A DNA stretch of 63,568 nt, filler included, from Octopus bimaculoides (taxonomy: Eukaryota): assembly GCF_001194135.2 (NCBI RefSeq). It is 6 parts of 6 records of this genome, joined end to end, with 100 filler letters (N's around TTAATTAATTAA, not from the genome) between each part and the next. Parts side by side here need not be neighbours in the genome. Positions count along the whole stretch, not along the records: positions 1 to 4,854 come from NC_068982.1; positions 4,955 to 21,160 come from NC_068988.1; 4 more parts are not named here. One strand, 5' to 3'. A model generated the notes under the pieces. That model did not search any database and was not told where the DNA came from. It saw only the letters and a program-made list of their open reading frames with translations. Positions 1 through 11,371 of the stretch are shown in pieces; positions within the stretch are counted from its first letter, which is position 1, and each line of letters starts with the position of its first letter. Made by a program: the position numbers and the translations under genes.

Positions 1-46
<46 letters not shown>

Positions 47-56
47 TATATATATG

Positions 57-1420
57 CCAAACCTGTTTGTTGAGTTTGTCGGAGACGTCTACCGCAACTG
101 GCAGCAGAATTGGAGAATACCCAGATCTATGAACCGAGGTGTTGTGACGCTACTGAGAAAGGATCTGAATATGGGGGACATTGTTTAGGCTGGTAACTCT
201 GCTAAATACAGATTACTAAATTTTGGCCAAGGTGTTCGCAAAGAGTTTGGTACTTGTAATTGACAGAATGGTGGGTGATGCGCAGATTTGCGCTATTTCC
301 AGTAGAACTATACACAACAAACTTTACCTCATGCGATGCATCATAGAGATGGTTGGTAAAGAACTTGGCATGGGTGAAACCCTGATTCATATGGATCAAT
401 CGAAAGCTTGTCATAGGATCCACCATCCATACTTGGAGGTTGTCCTGAGGGCAGTTGGTTTCGGTTCCGTTTTCAGAGGCTGGCTTCCTGCAATGTACAA
501 CGACATCCTTTCAGTGGCCAAAGTAAATGGCCACCTCTCAGAATCGTTTGATATCGCACGTTCGGTTCGTCAAGGATGCTCACTCTCACCCTTCTCTATG
601 TACTGACACTCGAGTTAATACTGCAGAAGCTAGATGTTTCAAGGAGCATCCCACATGAACTGGGATGCGGAATGTTCATGCCGGCGTATGCGGAGAAGAA
701 CCTTCCGCATGCGTGACAGTGTCGGACATCTCGGAAATCGAGATGGTCGGCACTACCCTATAAGGATACGAAGTGGTGACAGGAGCAGTGATCAACCAGA
801 AGTCAGTGGGCTTGCAGTTCAGCACCTGGACGGAAGGACCTGTTAAGTTGCTCGGGGTCTGGTTCTCTCCGGATCTCCAAGTAGACAAGGACTGGAGCAA
901 GTTGATAGACGGGCTGGTACATTTGCCCTTCTGCTTCATGTGGGTGGGACAGGTACCGCTTCTCAGACAGTCCATTTGCTGTGAATACCCGTTGCGGGAA
1001 GGACTGGCATGCCGTGGCTGACGATGATGAGGCATGCGCTGAGGCTGCGACATCTCCAGTGATATCAAAACGGTGAGGAGGTGCGACTGCCGTTTGTTGA
1101 AATCGATTTTCCACAGCTCGTCTCCTTGATGAAGCTACAATCCTGGATCAGGTGAACATCGAAGCAGGGCGCTTGGTGCTTAGAGTGTCACCAAGCTCTC
1201 ACAACCCATAGCCTGTCGGGCAATGCTGTCGGTGGAAGTTCCACCTTGGAGTTCGATAGGAGATTATTTGAGAGTAAGAAGAACAACTTACTCGGAGAGG
1301 TCCTGGGCATTGAGTGGGATGAACTAGCTGGTCTTTGTTGGGCCGGCAATTATGGATAACTTCTAGAAATTCCTGGCCTAGCAGTTCTACCAAGAGACGC
1401 AGTCGGTCGCGATAAGCTCT
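57..1420 (+). mobile_element. Decayed L1/Tx1-clade non-LTR retrotransposon, RT region
   Basis: ORF 223-606 (AKVFAKSL...DQSKACHRIHH...SVRQGCSLSP) matches L1/Tx1 RT motifs (DQxKAFDRV, GVRQGCPLSP). Upstream LLRKDLNMG..AGNSAKYRLLN resembles the 'NWRPITLLN' block. Multiple stops and frameshifts. Confidence 0.85.
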
Positions 1421-2270
1421 ATTGCACGAGCGTGCAGTTAGTCGGGTTTGTCAGTGATGCAGGTGGGGTGATGAAACCGCCACTGTGAGGTGCAGGACAA
1501 GTAATCCACGTTAAATATTGTGGATAGCTGACACTTTCCATCATACACAACAGAATAAGTTGTGAGTTTTCATATAACAACAACACATTTTCTGCTACAA
1601 CAATACTTGCTGCATTGAACAAATTATTTGTTTCTGTGATGTTGTTTGTTCTCATGTATTTCAGAATTTCATTGACATTTTTCGTTTCTTGGTTCAATTT
1701 CCATCGATCAACAATCTTAAGGTTGCAAATAATGTCGCTATCGTTCTCCTGTATTCTTACATTTATTCTGTCGTAGATTTGCCGTTTGTTCATTTGTCAT
1801 GTCGCCATTACTTTGTCTTCTTTCAGATCATCTATATGTTTCTCATCAAGTAAGCTACCACTGCCCCTTCCCTGTGCTATGAGATTATGCTTATTAGTAA
1901 AAACTGTATTTTCATTGTTATCTATGCTGCTATTGTCACTGACCCGTCTCTTCATAACTTCGAGCTCTACTTCCGTGAGCAAACAATTTTTTTCTTATTG
2001 CTCTCTCTCCAATGATCATACATACATTTTCGGTGACCCCTAATTTGAGCACCATTTTCATCTACCGAGTTGCTCAGGTAGTAACACTCCATGACCACAG
2101 CATTAATTTGTTTGCTCCATCTACGGCGTGTGTGGTGGTCTCTTTCTGGATATCGACATGTTGGAGCCTGACAAGAATCTCTGAGCCTACGGGTGTAACA
2201 CTGTCATCATCATTGGCTTCAGTTTCATTACCACTGTTCCTCACAATATTTTGTTTTTTCATTGTCACTC
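1421..2270 (-). mobile_element. R4/Dong-type LINE, N-terminal ORF fragment
   Basis: Minus-strand ORFs LTEVELEVMKRRV and QETKNVNEILKYMRTNNITETNNLFNAASIVVAE resemble the N-terminal region of R4/Dong ORFs; frameshifted. Confidence 0.7.
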
Positions 2271-3218
2271 ATATGAGGTAGGGATGCGCAATTAACTGTT
2301 TTTATTGTGACACCATCACTAGATGTATCATCATGGGCCCATAAGTAGATTCCACCCGTTTCCTTCTTCGTATTATCATCACTGATAACACTGGTATTAT
2401 TGTTTTTATGTGTAGTAGTAGCAGTTGTTGTAGCAACAGCAAGAGTAACAGGAGTGGGGGTAGTGGTAAGGGTGGTAGTTTGGCCTCAGATTCCTGTGCT
2501 ATCATAATAGTATTAGTTGCAGTATTATTGTAGTGTTAGTAGTATTTAGTATCAGCAGCTGCAGCATATTATTATTATTTTAATTTTATCACCACCACTA
2601 CCATTGTAGTTGGGCATCAGATTGGTGAATAGATCAAATGCCTACAGGTTTATAAATAGATTGGGCAGATGGTGGAAGGTCAGCCTTAGAAACAAAAGTA
2701 TCTTCGTACCCTTCCGCCTCAACAGATGTCAAAAGTGTTTACTAGTACCATTGGCCGCTGACAGCGCTGCCTTGAAAAGAAGCAATTCAACCTGTTCTAG
2801 TCCATCATCCTTTGGTTTTGATATGGATTCACATGCACTCGCACACACACACACACACACACACTCACACACACTCACACACACACACACACATACACAC
2901 ACCCACACACCCACACACACACACACACACATAGAGAGAGGTAGTGTATGAATATGGATGTATATGTAATTAAAACTTTGAATTTAATATTCTACTAACA
3001 AATTTGCAGTTTTCGTATTGAAATATTGCAATCCATGTGTTTGCAGTTTCACGTACCTGTTGTTGTGGCGGCGTACCTGGGAAGTTATTTTTTTTGTATA
3101 TTTTTACTCCAGTTTCCTGAGATGGTTCGTAAGGGTTTCCGATTTGATCTAATCTTGCCGGCAGGTCGCTGTCACACATTCATGCTGCATGCTATTCGCT
3201 GCGGTATGTTTCGTATCA

Positions 3219-3274
<56 letters not shown>

Positions 3275-3275
<1 letters not shown>

Positions 3276-3582
3276 AGGTAATGTAAAAGGAGAAAGGGCT
3301 CTATACCCCTTTCTTATTTTTTCTGACCAGGCTTCCGTGGTTTTATGGGTTTTTCCACGTGTAACCTTTCCTTTTTCGAAGCGCCTCCCCCTTTGGGAGT
3401 TCTACTTATTTATTTATCTATTTATTTATCTAATTATTTATTATATCTTTCTCCGTTTTCTTCCTCTGTTTATACGAATTTTCCTACCTTTTCGGACAAA
3501 ACCTTTTGTAACTTTCGTCCTGTCTTTGTCCTTATATGTTTTTAATTGATATTAGCCCTTGTGGCCAATAAAACGAATTAAT
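3275..3582 (+). mobile_element. 3' end (UTR) of an L1/Tx1-type element with AATAAA and (ATT)n tail
   Basis: Ends ...GATATTAGCCCTTGTGGCCAATAAAACGAATTAATTATT. The same ~60-nt end recurs at 20215-20275. Confidence 0.55.
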
Positions 3583-3598
3583 TATTATTATTATTATT

Positions 3599-4084
3599 GA
3601 GTGAGAGAGAAGTGCATGCCATCAAAGTGACACTGGAGTAAAATATACGAAGCCCAGTATGCCCATCATGACTACCCGTCTGATAACGGTACACCAGGCA
3701 CATGCATCACAACCATATGTGCGCGACATGGTGATCTTATATCAAAATAAACAGCGCATGACCTCGCATGTGGGGCCCAGCTAGAATTTTCTTCAGGTCG
3801 AGTAGCCCATCCTGCTCAAAAGGTCCCTGAATAAGGTTTGTTTAAGGATGTTGAGCAAAACAACCATGTTTCCAAAGGTGAATTATTCAAACTCCAAAAA
3901 ATTCTTCTCAACACATGGCTGTGATGCTCTTCCACTACTTCTGCTCATGATCAGAGACAAGCAAATCTGTGGAATTAAGCAGAATATTTGCTGTAGCAAT
4001 CTTTTTATGCCAAGACAAAACAACGTACATGATAACACTTCCAGTCAAATAAGATCAGAAACCATGAGAGCCACTGCCTGGTAC

Positions 4085-4085
<1 letters not shown>
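3599..4085 (-). mobile_element. R4/Dong LINE 3' UTR, copy A
   Basis: Starts right after an (ATT)n run and is clearly similar to 4135-4480. Confidence 0.65.
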
Positions 4086-4134
<49 letters not shown>

Positions 4135-4854
4135 GAGAGAGAGAATAGTGCATGTAATCAATGTAACACTGAAGTACACATATACTGATCCCAGTATACC
4201 CAACATGACTACCCGTCTAATAGGTTACACCCAGCACATGTTTCACAACCACTTGTGCGCGACATGGTGATCTCATATCAAGATAAACAGTGCATGAGCT
4301 TGTTTAAGAATGGTGAACGAAACATCCATGTTTCCAGAGGTGAATTATTCAAGCCCCAAAAAATTTGCGGCAGCACATGGTTATGATGCTCCCCCACTAC
4401 TTCTGCTTGTAATCAGAGATGCACATATCGTCAGCCACCAAGTGACATCCCACAACTTGTTAAAGTGAAACAAGTGACAAGCAAATCAACATGATAAAAC
4501 TGCAAGTTATTTAACATCAGAAGCCTTGATCAGTAGTTTTATTTTTATAACGTGCTTTCACTTCACTACCGAGCGCAGCTCTGTCCGCCTTGGGTATGTG
4601 CTGTGGTTTGCTGTGGTGCTCTTATGTTTACTGTATTGAAAATGATTTGCGTAGAATGTGTGCAGTACCCAGTAGTGCAATTTTCTGTGTGTTATATATA
4701 TTTGTAAGACCTGGTGTTTTTGTTATGTATTTGTCTGAATATTTTTTTTATTATACCTAAGGCACTTACTATGATAGGAATTGTTTCTGTTTTTAGATTC
4801 CACATTCGAGTTATCTCTATTTCCAGGTCTTTGTATTTTGAAAGTTTTTCCATT
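4135..4854 (-). mobile_element. R4/Dong LINE 3' end, copy B
   Basis: Minus translation gives ..ALGIIKKYSDKYITKTPGLTNIYNIQKIALLGTAHILRKSFSIQ* (R4 C-terminus), followed by the 3' UTR and an (AAT)n tail. Confidence 0.8.
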
Positions 4855-4898
4855 NNNNNNNNNNNNNNNNNNNNNNNNNNNNNNNNNNNNNNNNNNNN

Positions 4899-4910
4899 TT
4901 AATTAATTAA
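4899..4910. other. Artificial scaffold-join spacer TTAATTAATTAA within 44+44 N
   Basis: Identical construct at 21205-21216, 32960-32971, 42512-42523 and 62475-62486. The 12-mer carries stop codons in all six frames. Confidence 0.9.
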
Positions 4911-4954
4911 NNNNNNNNNNNNNNNNNNNNNNNNNNNNNNNNNNNNNNNNNNNN

Positions 4955-5189
4955 GGTGGCACATAAAAGACACCATTTCGAGCGTGGCCGTTGCCAGTAT
5001 CGCCTGACTGGCCTTCGTGCAGGTGACACGTAAAAGCACCTACTACACTCTCTGAGTGGTTGGCGTTAGGAAGGGCATCCAGCTGTAGAAACTCTGCCAA
5101 ATTTAGATTGGAGCCTGGTGTTGCCATCCGGTTTCACCAGTCCTCAGTCAAATTGTCCAACCCATGCTAGCATGGAAAGCGGACGTTAA

Positions 5190-5230
<41 letters not shown>
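4955..5230 (+). mobile_element. RTE-type LINE 3' UTR with (GAT)n tail
   Basis: Same sequence family as the ends of RT-bearing copies at 6940-7650 and 47962-49650 (GGAAGGGCATCCAGCTGTAGAAAC...CCATGCTAGCATGGAAAGCGGACGTTAAA(TGA)n). Confidence 0.75.
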
Positions 5231-5257
5231 ATATATATATTTTTATCTGTGTCTGTT

Positions 5258-6104
5258 TATGAGGGGATACCAAAAGTAACCAGAAACATTCTCTCTGGAA
5301 CAAGCCCATTGTAGTTCAAGCTTCCACCACTAGAAACCACTTGATGCAACCCTCAGGCATCAGTCTGCTGACCAGTGCCATCGACTGATGTCATACTGGC
5401 ACATGGTGCATCTTTGTTTTGCAGTGCTTCTCTCCTGTTCATTGGTTTTTGTGATAGCTGAAATGAAAGACAGTGTGCCTCCATGAAATTCTGTTTTCTA
5501 CTGGAGAAAATAGCAGCCGAAACAGTTGTCATGCTTCAAACAGCTTACAAAGATTTCTCCATGAGCAAAACACAAGTTTACAAGTGGTTTTCACACTTTA
5601 GGAATGGTCACTTGTTACTTGAAGACCAATCTCATTCAGGGCAACCATTGATCTCCTGAACAAATGAAAATATTATGAAAATTCATGAACTGATCTATCA
5701 CCAAACAATTGACGAACTTGTTGATATGACTGGCGTATCATGCCAATGAATTTTGAGCAAGGAATCGTGAATGAAAAGAGTTGCAGCAAAATTTGTACCT
5801 TGCTTGCTCACAGACAATCAAAAGCAGTCATGATTGAATGCTTGTCGTGAACTGAAAGAACAGTTAGAAGTTGATCTGGACCTTTTTTTTGAAAGACTTC
5901 ATTGGTGATGAAAGCTGGTGCTACAGAATTTGCTGATGTGGAAGAGGTGAAGAAAAAAAAACAACAGAGGCGTTAAAAAGCATCACATTGCAAGAGTTCC
6001 AGTACCGCTTCGAATACTTTGTAGGCAATAAAAGTGTTAACATGTAAAACTAAGTAAATAAACCATATTGTAAAATTCCGGTTTCTTTTGGGTACATACC
6101 TGTA
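5258..6104 (+). mobile_element. Internally deleted mariner (Tc1/mariner) transposon
   Basis: Remnant transposase KFCFLLEKIAAETVVMLQTAYK..VYKWFSHF...MKRVAAKFVPCLLT...GDESWCY jumps to FADVEEVKKK, so the central catalytic region is missing. Imperfect TIRs TATGAGGGGATACCAAAAGTAACC and (rc) TACAGGTATGTACCCAAAAGAAACC, with TA at both ends. Confidence 0.85.
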
Positions 6105-6939
6105 TCTTAGCAGTTCAGCAGAAAAGACCAATAAGTATTGGGATCAATTCATTTGTCTAAAGTTCTTCAAGGCAATGCCCCAGCATGGCTGCAGTCTAAT
6201 GTAAAATAAAAGTAGTTGTAGTAGTAGTAGTAGTAGTAGTAGCAGCAGCAGCAGCCAACATACAACAACTGTTTGTGGTCATTTCTATTTGGCTCATAGG
6301 CAGTCAGTCACAGACCTAAAGTGCACCAATAATTATTGCTTAAAGTCTAAAACTTTTGTCTGGATGGAGTAGCTGCAGCAGATTCTGTTCACCAAACAAG
6401 TTCTCTTTTTTCACTGACATGTTCACATCTACTATGTATGTCTCTTCTGTATTTAACCATTTAAATTCTTCTTCTGAAAAAGGAGCTGGTTTCTAACAAG
6501 CATACAAAGCTCCATCTTTGGAATGTAGATAATGAAGACAATATCGTATTTTAAACCTGAGAAAAGTCTTGCATAGTTTTACTGTTCTGATTACAGATTG
6601 TATTTGTAATGTGCGAATCAGTTGGTTAATTTCTTTTTCCTGAAAATTCAAACCTATCCAGACTGACAATTAGGCATTTACATACAAAACCAAGTGCTCC
6701 AATCATTATTGGTATAAAGGTAAATTTGCAATCCAGATTTAGAAGCTGAAGGTTTCGAAGCAGTTGTCTATAATTATCTTCTTTCTCTTTAATTTTCAGT
6801 GAGATATTCACATCACCAGGACAGCTGACCTCTATGACGGTATATATTTCTCCTTGTCTGTCCCAAATGACAACATCCAGTCTGTTATGCTTACATTTGA
6901 CAGATGTTTTGATGGGAATGTTCCACAAGTATTCTTTGT

Positions 6940-7650
6940 GCTGGTATTACAACAGTGTAAGCATCTCAAGAGAAAAGTTGGGCATAAGAGGCATCAGATG
7001 TAATGCACAAGAGAGACAACTGCATTGGTATGGTCATGTGATGTGTTTGAATAAGGACAGCTCTGTGAAGAAGTGCCGATCTCTAACTGTGGAGGGAATC
7101 TGTGGAAGATGTAGACCCAGGAAGACATGTGACGAAGTGGTGAAGCATGATTTTCAAATGTCGGGCTTCATGGAAGCAATGACAGCTGACCAAACAATAT
7201 GCCGTGCTTGAGATGAACTGTCAAGCTAAGTAAAATCACAACCATGGCTGATGTCAGTGTCATGTAACTGGCACTCATGATGGTGGCATGTAAAAAGCAC
7301 CCTTTGAACTTTGGGCTTCACAGAGGCAGTGACAAGTGGCTGAGACCTTTGGCTATAGACCTTTGGCTTCTCTGCTTGAGAAGACCTGTCAAGCCAAGCG
7401 AGATCGTAGTCATGGCCAGTGTCAGTGTTTCGCAACTGGCACCTGTGCAGGTGGCATGTAAAAGCACCCACTACACTCTTGGAGTAATTGGTGTTAGGAA
7501 GGGCATCGAAGTGTAGAAACCATGCCAAATCAGATTGGAACCTGGTGCAGTTCCCCAGCTTACCAGTTTTCAGTCAAACTGTCCAACCCATGTCAGCATG
7601 GAAAACGGATGTTAAATGATAATGATGGTGATGATGATGATGATGACGCT
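6940..7650 (+). mobile_element. 5'-truncated RTE LINE (RT C-terminus, 3' UTR, (GAT)n tail)
   Basis: RQLHWYGHVM...GRCRPRKTCDEVVKHD is the RTE C-terminal motif (RLRWYGHV..GRPRKTW). Confidence 0.85.
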
Positions 7651-8478
7651 GATGTATTCAATAACAGGGGAATTCTCTACATCTATTCCAGGACAGTCTT
7701 TTTCTGAATGGCATTGCATATCATTTATGTGACAATGACATGTCACATAGGGAGATAGTACCTTGATGACATTTTAGGGCAGCTGCTGATCACAACTTTG
7801 ATGTCTTCCACAGAAATATGACATAATCTCTATTTACAGTTGCATATTTGAACTCCAAGGACTTCACTGTCTCTTTTGTTGAGTAGGTATTTAATAGCAA
7901 TCTCCTGTTCTTGGATTACAAATGCATAGCCTTCAAAGTGTGATGTGGTGTAGTGGTCACAAGTCCAAGAGAGGCTTTGCTTCATGTCAATGTTACTATC
8001 TTTTTCAAGTCTATGAGAAACATACCCATGCATGGTCTTTTCTTTGGTATGCTGAGTGTTTCGCTTCCAGGTCTTCTTGGAGATATGCTAGTCCGGTTGA
8101 TTTGGGGTTGTATGGGAGATTACCAGGAAGATAGTACTTCTTGAAGAGCTCACTTCTAACATGTAGGATATTGTTTTCTTCACTTTTAATGTATTTTTGC
8201 TGCTGTTGTTTAGTAAGTGCTGTTTGAGAGAGAGACTATACAACATTTGAAGGCTGTCTGCACTGATCTCAATCCCCTACCTCCTTTCTTTCTTCTTAGG
8301 CAAAACCTGTTGATATTACTAATATTGTGGAGATTTCCAGTTAATGTTGGAATCTTGCAGGTTTTAATGTCTATGGAGTGGATTTCTTCTACAGACCAGT
8401 CAAGTATCCCAAATGTTGGAATCAGCACTGGTACTGAAAATGCATTGTGGAATATTGTCATGTTGTAAGAGGAGAGTT

Positions 8479-8727
8479 TATAATAAATAATAAATGTGCC
8501 CTTTTAAAGCCTAGCCAGGCTCATGGGCCCGGTTTCAATGGTGTATGTGTTTCTCAGCTGGATGGGATGCCAGTCCATCACAGCGTCACTCATTTTTGCC
8601 AGCTGAGTGAACTGGAGTAACGTGAAATGAAGTGTTTTGCTCAAGAACACAACGCGTTGCCCGGTCTAGGAATCGAAACCACAATCATGATGCTGACACC
8701 CCTAACCACTAAGCCACACGCCTCCAC
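8479..8727 (-). mobile_element. tRNA-headed SINE with 12-bp TSD
   Basis: A/B-box-like head (GTGTGGCTTAGTGGTTAGGG...GGTTTCGATTCC on minus). AAGAGGAGAGTT is duplicated at 8467-8478 and 8728-8739. Confidence 0.85.
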
Positions 8728-10057
8728 AAGAGGAGAGTTCGGACTGCCATATTTTTCTTAGTCTGGTGTAACATTCTTGGGTCACTCTATTTTTATTCAC
8801 AGTACCTTGGTATGATATATTTTCATCAATGCCTAGGTACTTGCAGTATTCTTTGTGTGGGATAGTAGAGATAGTGAGACCATCGATGCACAGGTTCTGT
8901 GTCTGGGTGACTGATTTTCCCCGTTCAACAATTAAATAAGAACTTTTCTTCTGGCCAAATTCCATTCATATGTCAGCTGAAAATGTTATTAATTCTAGTT
9001 GTTTTTTGGCATTGTTAAAATTTTTAGCATAAATCTTAAGGTTATCTACATAGAAATTATGGGTTACATTAGTATCTCTTGCAGTAGCAGACCCTAGCAT
9101 GTAGCCATTTGTTTTTTGCAGCAGGAATAATAATGAGGTTAATACCAAAATAAACAGAAGTACAGAGAGACTATGTCCCTGGAATATTCCCTTAGAAATA
9201 TTTATGGCATTGGAGACAATTGTTCCACTCTCTGTGTGAAGATTGTGGCCTGGCTCTTTATGAGCCTCTCAATGACAGCAATTAAGGTACAAGCACTTTT
9301 GCCAAATGGAGACACTTCAGCAGCCATGAATGGGAATAGAGTCAAATACTGTTGTAAGGTTCCTATGATGTTTTTTTCTTTAACCTCAGACAGTACATCT
9401 TTGTTTATCAGAGGTTGTTCAGCACATCCCCACACTCCCTTCTTTCCACCAGCCTGCTCATAAGTCACTATGTTTTTGGACTCACAATGGTCCTAGAGGA
9501 ATTGGTTGAGGCAGCTTGTGTACAGTAACATAATATTTAGGCTTGTAGTTTTCAGGCAACTCAGTAGTTTCGTTCTTGTCCATGCTATAGCAAGCCAATT
9601 TAGTATGTCAATCTGATCTTCCATAGTACATTTGAATATACTTATTAGTGGTTTCCTGTAAAATGTCAGCCTCTTATACCAATATCCAACTATATTAAGT
9701 CCTTCTCAGGTGCCTTCCCATCATGCAGTTTGCCTACAGTTATGGTGAAAATTTTTGGGTTAGTTGCATGTTTTACTGTTGATGTTGGTACAGTATTCTC
9801 TCTTTACTGCATTTAGCCATGATGCACTGAGGTTGAGACTACTCTTTTTGTTCCAGATTTTCAACCAGAGTGATTCTTAACAGTAACATTTTCTTTCCCC
9901 ATCTCTTTATATACTGTCTGTGGGTATGTATGTATGTATGTATGTATGTATGTGTGTGAGTGTGTGCATATGTGTGTATGTGTTTCTCATTAAATCTTCA
10001 TTCCTCTTCATATTCTGTTGTTCTAACAGTTCAAGCTTATTTTTTCATTATTTGCAG

Positions 10058-10281
10058 TTATTTCCAATCTACGAATCATTAACACTGTAGCTGACACGAA
10101 CCTTCAGCGAGTGTTGTCTTGTCATTTACATGCCATCTCTGCCAGATATCCAAAGTACAGGTATCGCACTGGTTATGATGCCACCATTATCATTCCACTG
10201 TTACGAATGTTCCCTGTATGGCTGTCAGACAAGATTTTAACATATAATTATGAAATACCTGCTGGAGTTAAAAAGCATTAA
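10058..10281 (+). CDS. Terminal coding exon of a short-chain dehydrogenase/reductase (SDR9C; RDH16/HSD17B6/BDH1-like)
   Basis: Polypyrimidine tract plus TTTGCAG acceptor (10051-10057), phase 1. Reads xISNLRIINTVADTNLQRVLSCHLHAISARYPKYRYRTGYDATIIIPLLRMFPVWLSDKILTYNYEIPAGVKKH*, matching the SDR9C C-terminal signature (DLSLVTxCMEHALxAxHPRTRYSAGWDAK...PxxLxDxIL). Confidence 0.85.
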
Positions 10282-10286
10282 ATTGC

Positions 10287-10292
10287 AATAAA
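10287..10292 (+). promoter_or_regulatory. Candidate polyadenylation signal AATAAA of the SDR gene
   Basis: 6 nt after the TAA stop. A second AATAAA lies at 10403-10408. Confidence 0.4.
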
Positions 10293-10629
10293 GCAAATAT
10301 TATTTTAAAATATTTATTTCCTTTTCATTATTTACCTTTTACCAATTTTTGCAGGAAGATGTTTCATTTTTAACCTAAAGTTTTCATTCATTGAGATCTG
10401 TAAATAAATTTAGACTTCTTTGTCATTTTCTACATGACAATGTTTGATCAATTAAATATATTATAACATTTAAATACATTATAATAATGAAATGCATTAT
10501 AACTATTAAATATATAATGACAATGAAGTTTTAATGTCATAATGCAGTGGAGAAATGATTAAGGAACAATATTTGGTTGATTATTAAAATGGTCATTTAT
10601 TAAGATTGATTATAATATTAGTTGCTACA

Positions 10630-10856
10630 ATATAAAATTAATCCTTTCTACTATAAGCACAAGGCCTGAAATTTTGGGGGAAGAGGCAAGTTGATTACAT
10701 CAACCCCAGTAAACAACTGGTACTTAATTTATCAACCCTGAAAGGATGAAAGGTAAAGTCGACCTCAGTGGAATTTGAACTCAGAACATAGCGGCAGATG
10801 AAATACCGCTAAGCATTTCACCTGGTGTGCTAACGATTCTGCCAGCTCGCCACCTT
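10630..10856 (-). mobile_element. SINE family A (head GGCGGCGAGCTGGCAGAATCGTTAGCAC...)
   Basis: Related copies at ~27550-27685, 31169-31370, 33483-33590, 36885-36990, 37535-37742 and 43950-44135. Confidence 0.75.
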
Positions 10857-11371
10857 TACAATGTAAAATTAATGACATTGTCATGTTGTGTGTGCACAAG
10901 TTATTTGTTTGCTGCAGTAAAATATTTTCTGAGGATCCATGGTTCATTGTGTATGTTAGTAGTTTCTCTGCAACTGCGACAGAGAAAGACATAATAATAG
11001 TTGTCTCTATAATTTGAGGGAGTCATAATTCTATTCTTGCACATCACTCTTTGACTAGGGACTGGTTGAGGCTCTTGGTCTGGTGTGGCATTTACCAAAA
11101 AGAGAGATAGCTATTTGCTTGTGTTTTTATAAACCAGGTCAAACTAAAACAATAGATTTTTCCAGTATTATCTGTCTTCCACTGACCAGAGAAAGATCAA
11201 AAGGTTTCAATTTCTGAGTGCAGAGGCAAGAAAACAATAGGTTTAAGGTTTGCTTGACAATGTTGAGAAATGTGGATGGTTTTAATCTTAGCTTAGCTCT
11301 ACTGTAGCTGTTCACTACAAATAATTAATAATAATTCAATACATTACAATAATTAAATACATCATCAATAA

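Larger units (their letters stand above)
6545..9880 (-). mobile_element. Decayed R4/Dong LINE (RT plus restriction-like endonuclease), interrupted by RTE and SINE insertions
   Basis: RT motifs THNFYVDNLKIYAKN, MEFGQKKS and KYLGIDE; RKKGGRGL; RLE motif HNRLDVVIWDR..VIEVSCP..KEKEDNY..IPIMIGALG. Confidence 0.85.

Noticed and set aside
2600-2840. Unique-looking segment with open frames on both strands as a possible SDR upstream exon
   Set aside because: No SDR motifs (TGxxxG, YxxxK, IEPG) in any frame, and no other recognisable homology.
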